A stretch of 63,066 bases of DNA, filler included, from Gonapodya sp. JEL0774 (Eukaryota), in the NCBI GenBank assembly GCA_027604505.1. It is 26 parts of 26 records of this genome, joined end to end, with 100 filler letters (N's around TTAATTAATTAA, not from the genome) between each part and the next. Parts side by side here need not be neighbours in the genome. Positions count along the whole stretch, not along the records: positions 60,752 to 63,066 come from JADIIX010002032.1; 25 more parts are not named here. One strand, given 5' to 3'. Positions 60,976 through 63,066 of this stretch are shown piece after piece (the stretch's first letter is position 1; each line of letters starts with the position of its first letter). The notes beneath the pieces were generated by a model. That model ran no database searches. It was given only the letters and a program-made list of their open reading frames with translations, and was not told the origin of the DNA. The translations under genes and the position numbers were made by a program.

Positions 60976-63066
60976 TCATACAATGTCTGCCGCTCGAGGA
61001 TTGAAGAATATGTTCTTGCCGAAGTTCTCGGCAATGACTGCGAACCGGTCTTCGGCAGTTTCCAACTTTGCAAAGGAAAAGGCATTGCATGATCGAATCC
61101 GAAAAGGGATCACTGAAATGTCTTGTGTAACTCACGCTGCGCTTGAACTCTTCATTGAGGTCGGATTTGGCCTCCTGCTCTTTGATGAGGTCCATTACCA
61201 TACGGTGTTCAGGAGCACACTTGGGGCATTCCCGGTCGTTGGCGGCGTCACCCAGGCATCGGTGATGGTATGAATGTTTGCAGAAAAAGTGAACTGTTGG
61301 AAGGTCTAGGGTACCCCCACACAACGAACACTTGGTAGCCTGGAATACTATGGGACTGCAATTTCAACATCGTTAACAATTGCTTGTTTGGCAAACAGAG
61401 CTAGAAGGAACTTTTAGCTCCCAAGGTGTACTCACTTGTTCTGGATTTCGTCAATCTGCTTCCGCATCGTTTCTGTCTCGGCTCTGTACATTTCGATCAA
61501 GCGATCCGCTTCATCGATCTCATCTCTTTCTTTCGCGACTTGCTTCATCAAGTAATCTTTCACTGTGCCAATTGTCACACCCGGAGCCTCTCGAGCGAGC
61601 GATTGGAGAACTTGGAGCGGCGGGATCAGGTCGCGTGTTTCGATAGCGTTGAGAACCTGATGGAGTTGACTGCGGCACGCAGGGTCGCGTTGGGCGAAAT
61701 AAATCAGGGCAGTTGACCACAGGGACGGTTCCTTGTCACTGAGGATCCAAATACGCGCTTCAGTCCATAGCAGAATTGACATATCTGCGGAACAATGACA
61801 TACCCGTACTTCTCACAGTCTGCGATTGCCTCGTCATATGCCTCTGCGTCCATATGAATTTGAAGGATGCTCGAATATCTGTTGCCAGGATTATGATTGG
61901 AGAAGGCCAATTCTTGATCTCGGCATTAAACCGGGGAAGACCCACAAGCCAAGTTTCTCATTCAAGAAAACACTTCCAGCTTTGAAATTGTGCCACTTGC
62001 AAAGTACAAGTGCATGGTCGACGTCGTATGCAGACTGGAAGCAGAAAAGCAAGGTCAGACAAGCAAGTTCTCCAAATCAAGGATTCAAAGTCCGAGCTCG
62101 GAGGACTCACCTTGGAATCGATCAAGAGGTCCATGATCTTTTTGCTTCTCGTTTCGCCATCTAAAGCGGGGAGGCTCGGAGGAAGGGTCTCAAGCACCGA
62201 AAGTTTCCCTTTTCCTCGAATTGGGACAAGATCGATTGCAGGCTTTTTTGATACAGTTTCCTATGGCACAAACCATGATGAAGCACTTACGCACCTCAAA
62301 AACAGGAATTTCCCATTTTGAGACTCACTGGGAGCACAACTCTCTGAACATCACTCTCCAGATATAGTTCCAATAAGGTGTTCCACACCATCTTCCCCAA
62401 CCCAGTCCCGTCATCTGCAGCTTCTGCACCGTCATCTACATCTTCTAACCCTACCATCTGCACTTTTCCTTTTTTGGAGCCAGATGACGTCCCAGCTTCG
62501 GAAAAGATCGCAACTGCCTTTCTGCGAGCCTCCACCACTTTCTCCAGGAACAAGATGCACCAAGACCGAAGCACCTCTCTCTGAGCCAGTGGGGAGTTTG
62601 CTGAGACGAAAAAGTGGATGAAATGTTCCGGCTCGGACATGTGGATGATGGGCTGAAGAGGCTCGGATGGCGTTGTTGTTGAACCAGCGGAGGTATTTCC
62701 AATATCTCCGCCAGGCAAGGGCCTGACCTTCTTGTCAGACGCGACTGACTTCTTCGAAGAAGTTGCGCTCACAACGGACGCGGGTGGTGCGACCCTCTGT
62801 CGTATTACAAGAGGGGCCTCCGAGCTGCCTACAGCTGCGGATTGCTTCGACCTGGAACCGCTCACGCTCCCTGAGGCGGACTTTCGATCATTTCCGTCGC
62901 CTTTGCTTGACTTGCCGTTTTCTTTCGACTTGCCCTTAATCTCTGAGACCTCCCACCCGGTACACAGCCGGATTAGAATCTGCGTGGTGTCAGCTACACA
63001 ACCGGGAACCAGCTGACCCCCCCACCGTTTGAGGTTGCGGTCAGCCTCGACATAGGCCAAAGTTCC
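60976..63066 (-). CDS. VPS11: Vacuolar protein sorting 11 (HOPS/CORVET subunit), C-terminal part
   Basis: [21 protein letters not shown], coiled coil and [36 protein letters not shown] at 60978-60976. Confidence 0.93.

Overview
This window is eukaryotic and not contiguous. It is 26 unrelated fragments of about 2.3 kb, joined by artificial 100-nt N spacers that each carry TTAATTAATTAA, so adjacency is meaningful only within a fragment. Short GT-AG introns and the gene content (annexin, exportin-4, CBA1-like protein, SREBP, plant-type LRR protein, VPS11, DHS, IWS1) suggest an early-diverging, chytrid-like fungus (inference). Other host genes include two tandem GMC oxidoreductases, a BBE/AA7-like flavoprotein, an ADP1-like ABCG transporter, Sfk1/Frag1, a haloacetate-dehalogenase-like hydrolase, two inverted SH3 paralogues, a CBS protein and a DenD-like SDR. 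Mobile DNA comprises two degraded Ty1/copia pieces, a degraded LINE, an intron-containing Ginger-like integrase and an intact-looking LINE RT. Two loci stand out. (1) At 12195-14532, a CRISPR-sized array of about 35-bp palindromic repeats with 20-21-bp variable spacers sits directly upstream of the spliced integrase. (2) At 58333-60651, a LINE RT is followed by about 0.9 kb of apparently structured non-coding sequence containing AATAAA, a GTTAGGGTTAGG telomere-type tract, a tRNA-like Pol III module, nested long-range helices and many hairpins. Exon boundaries were read by eye and no database searches were run.
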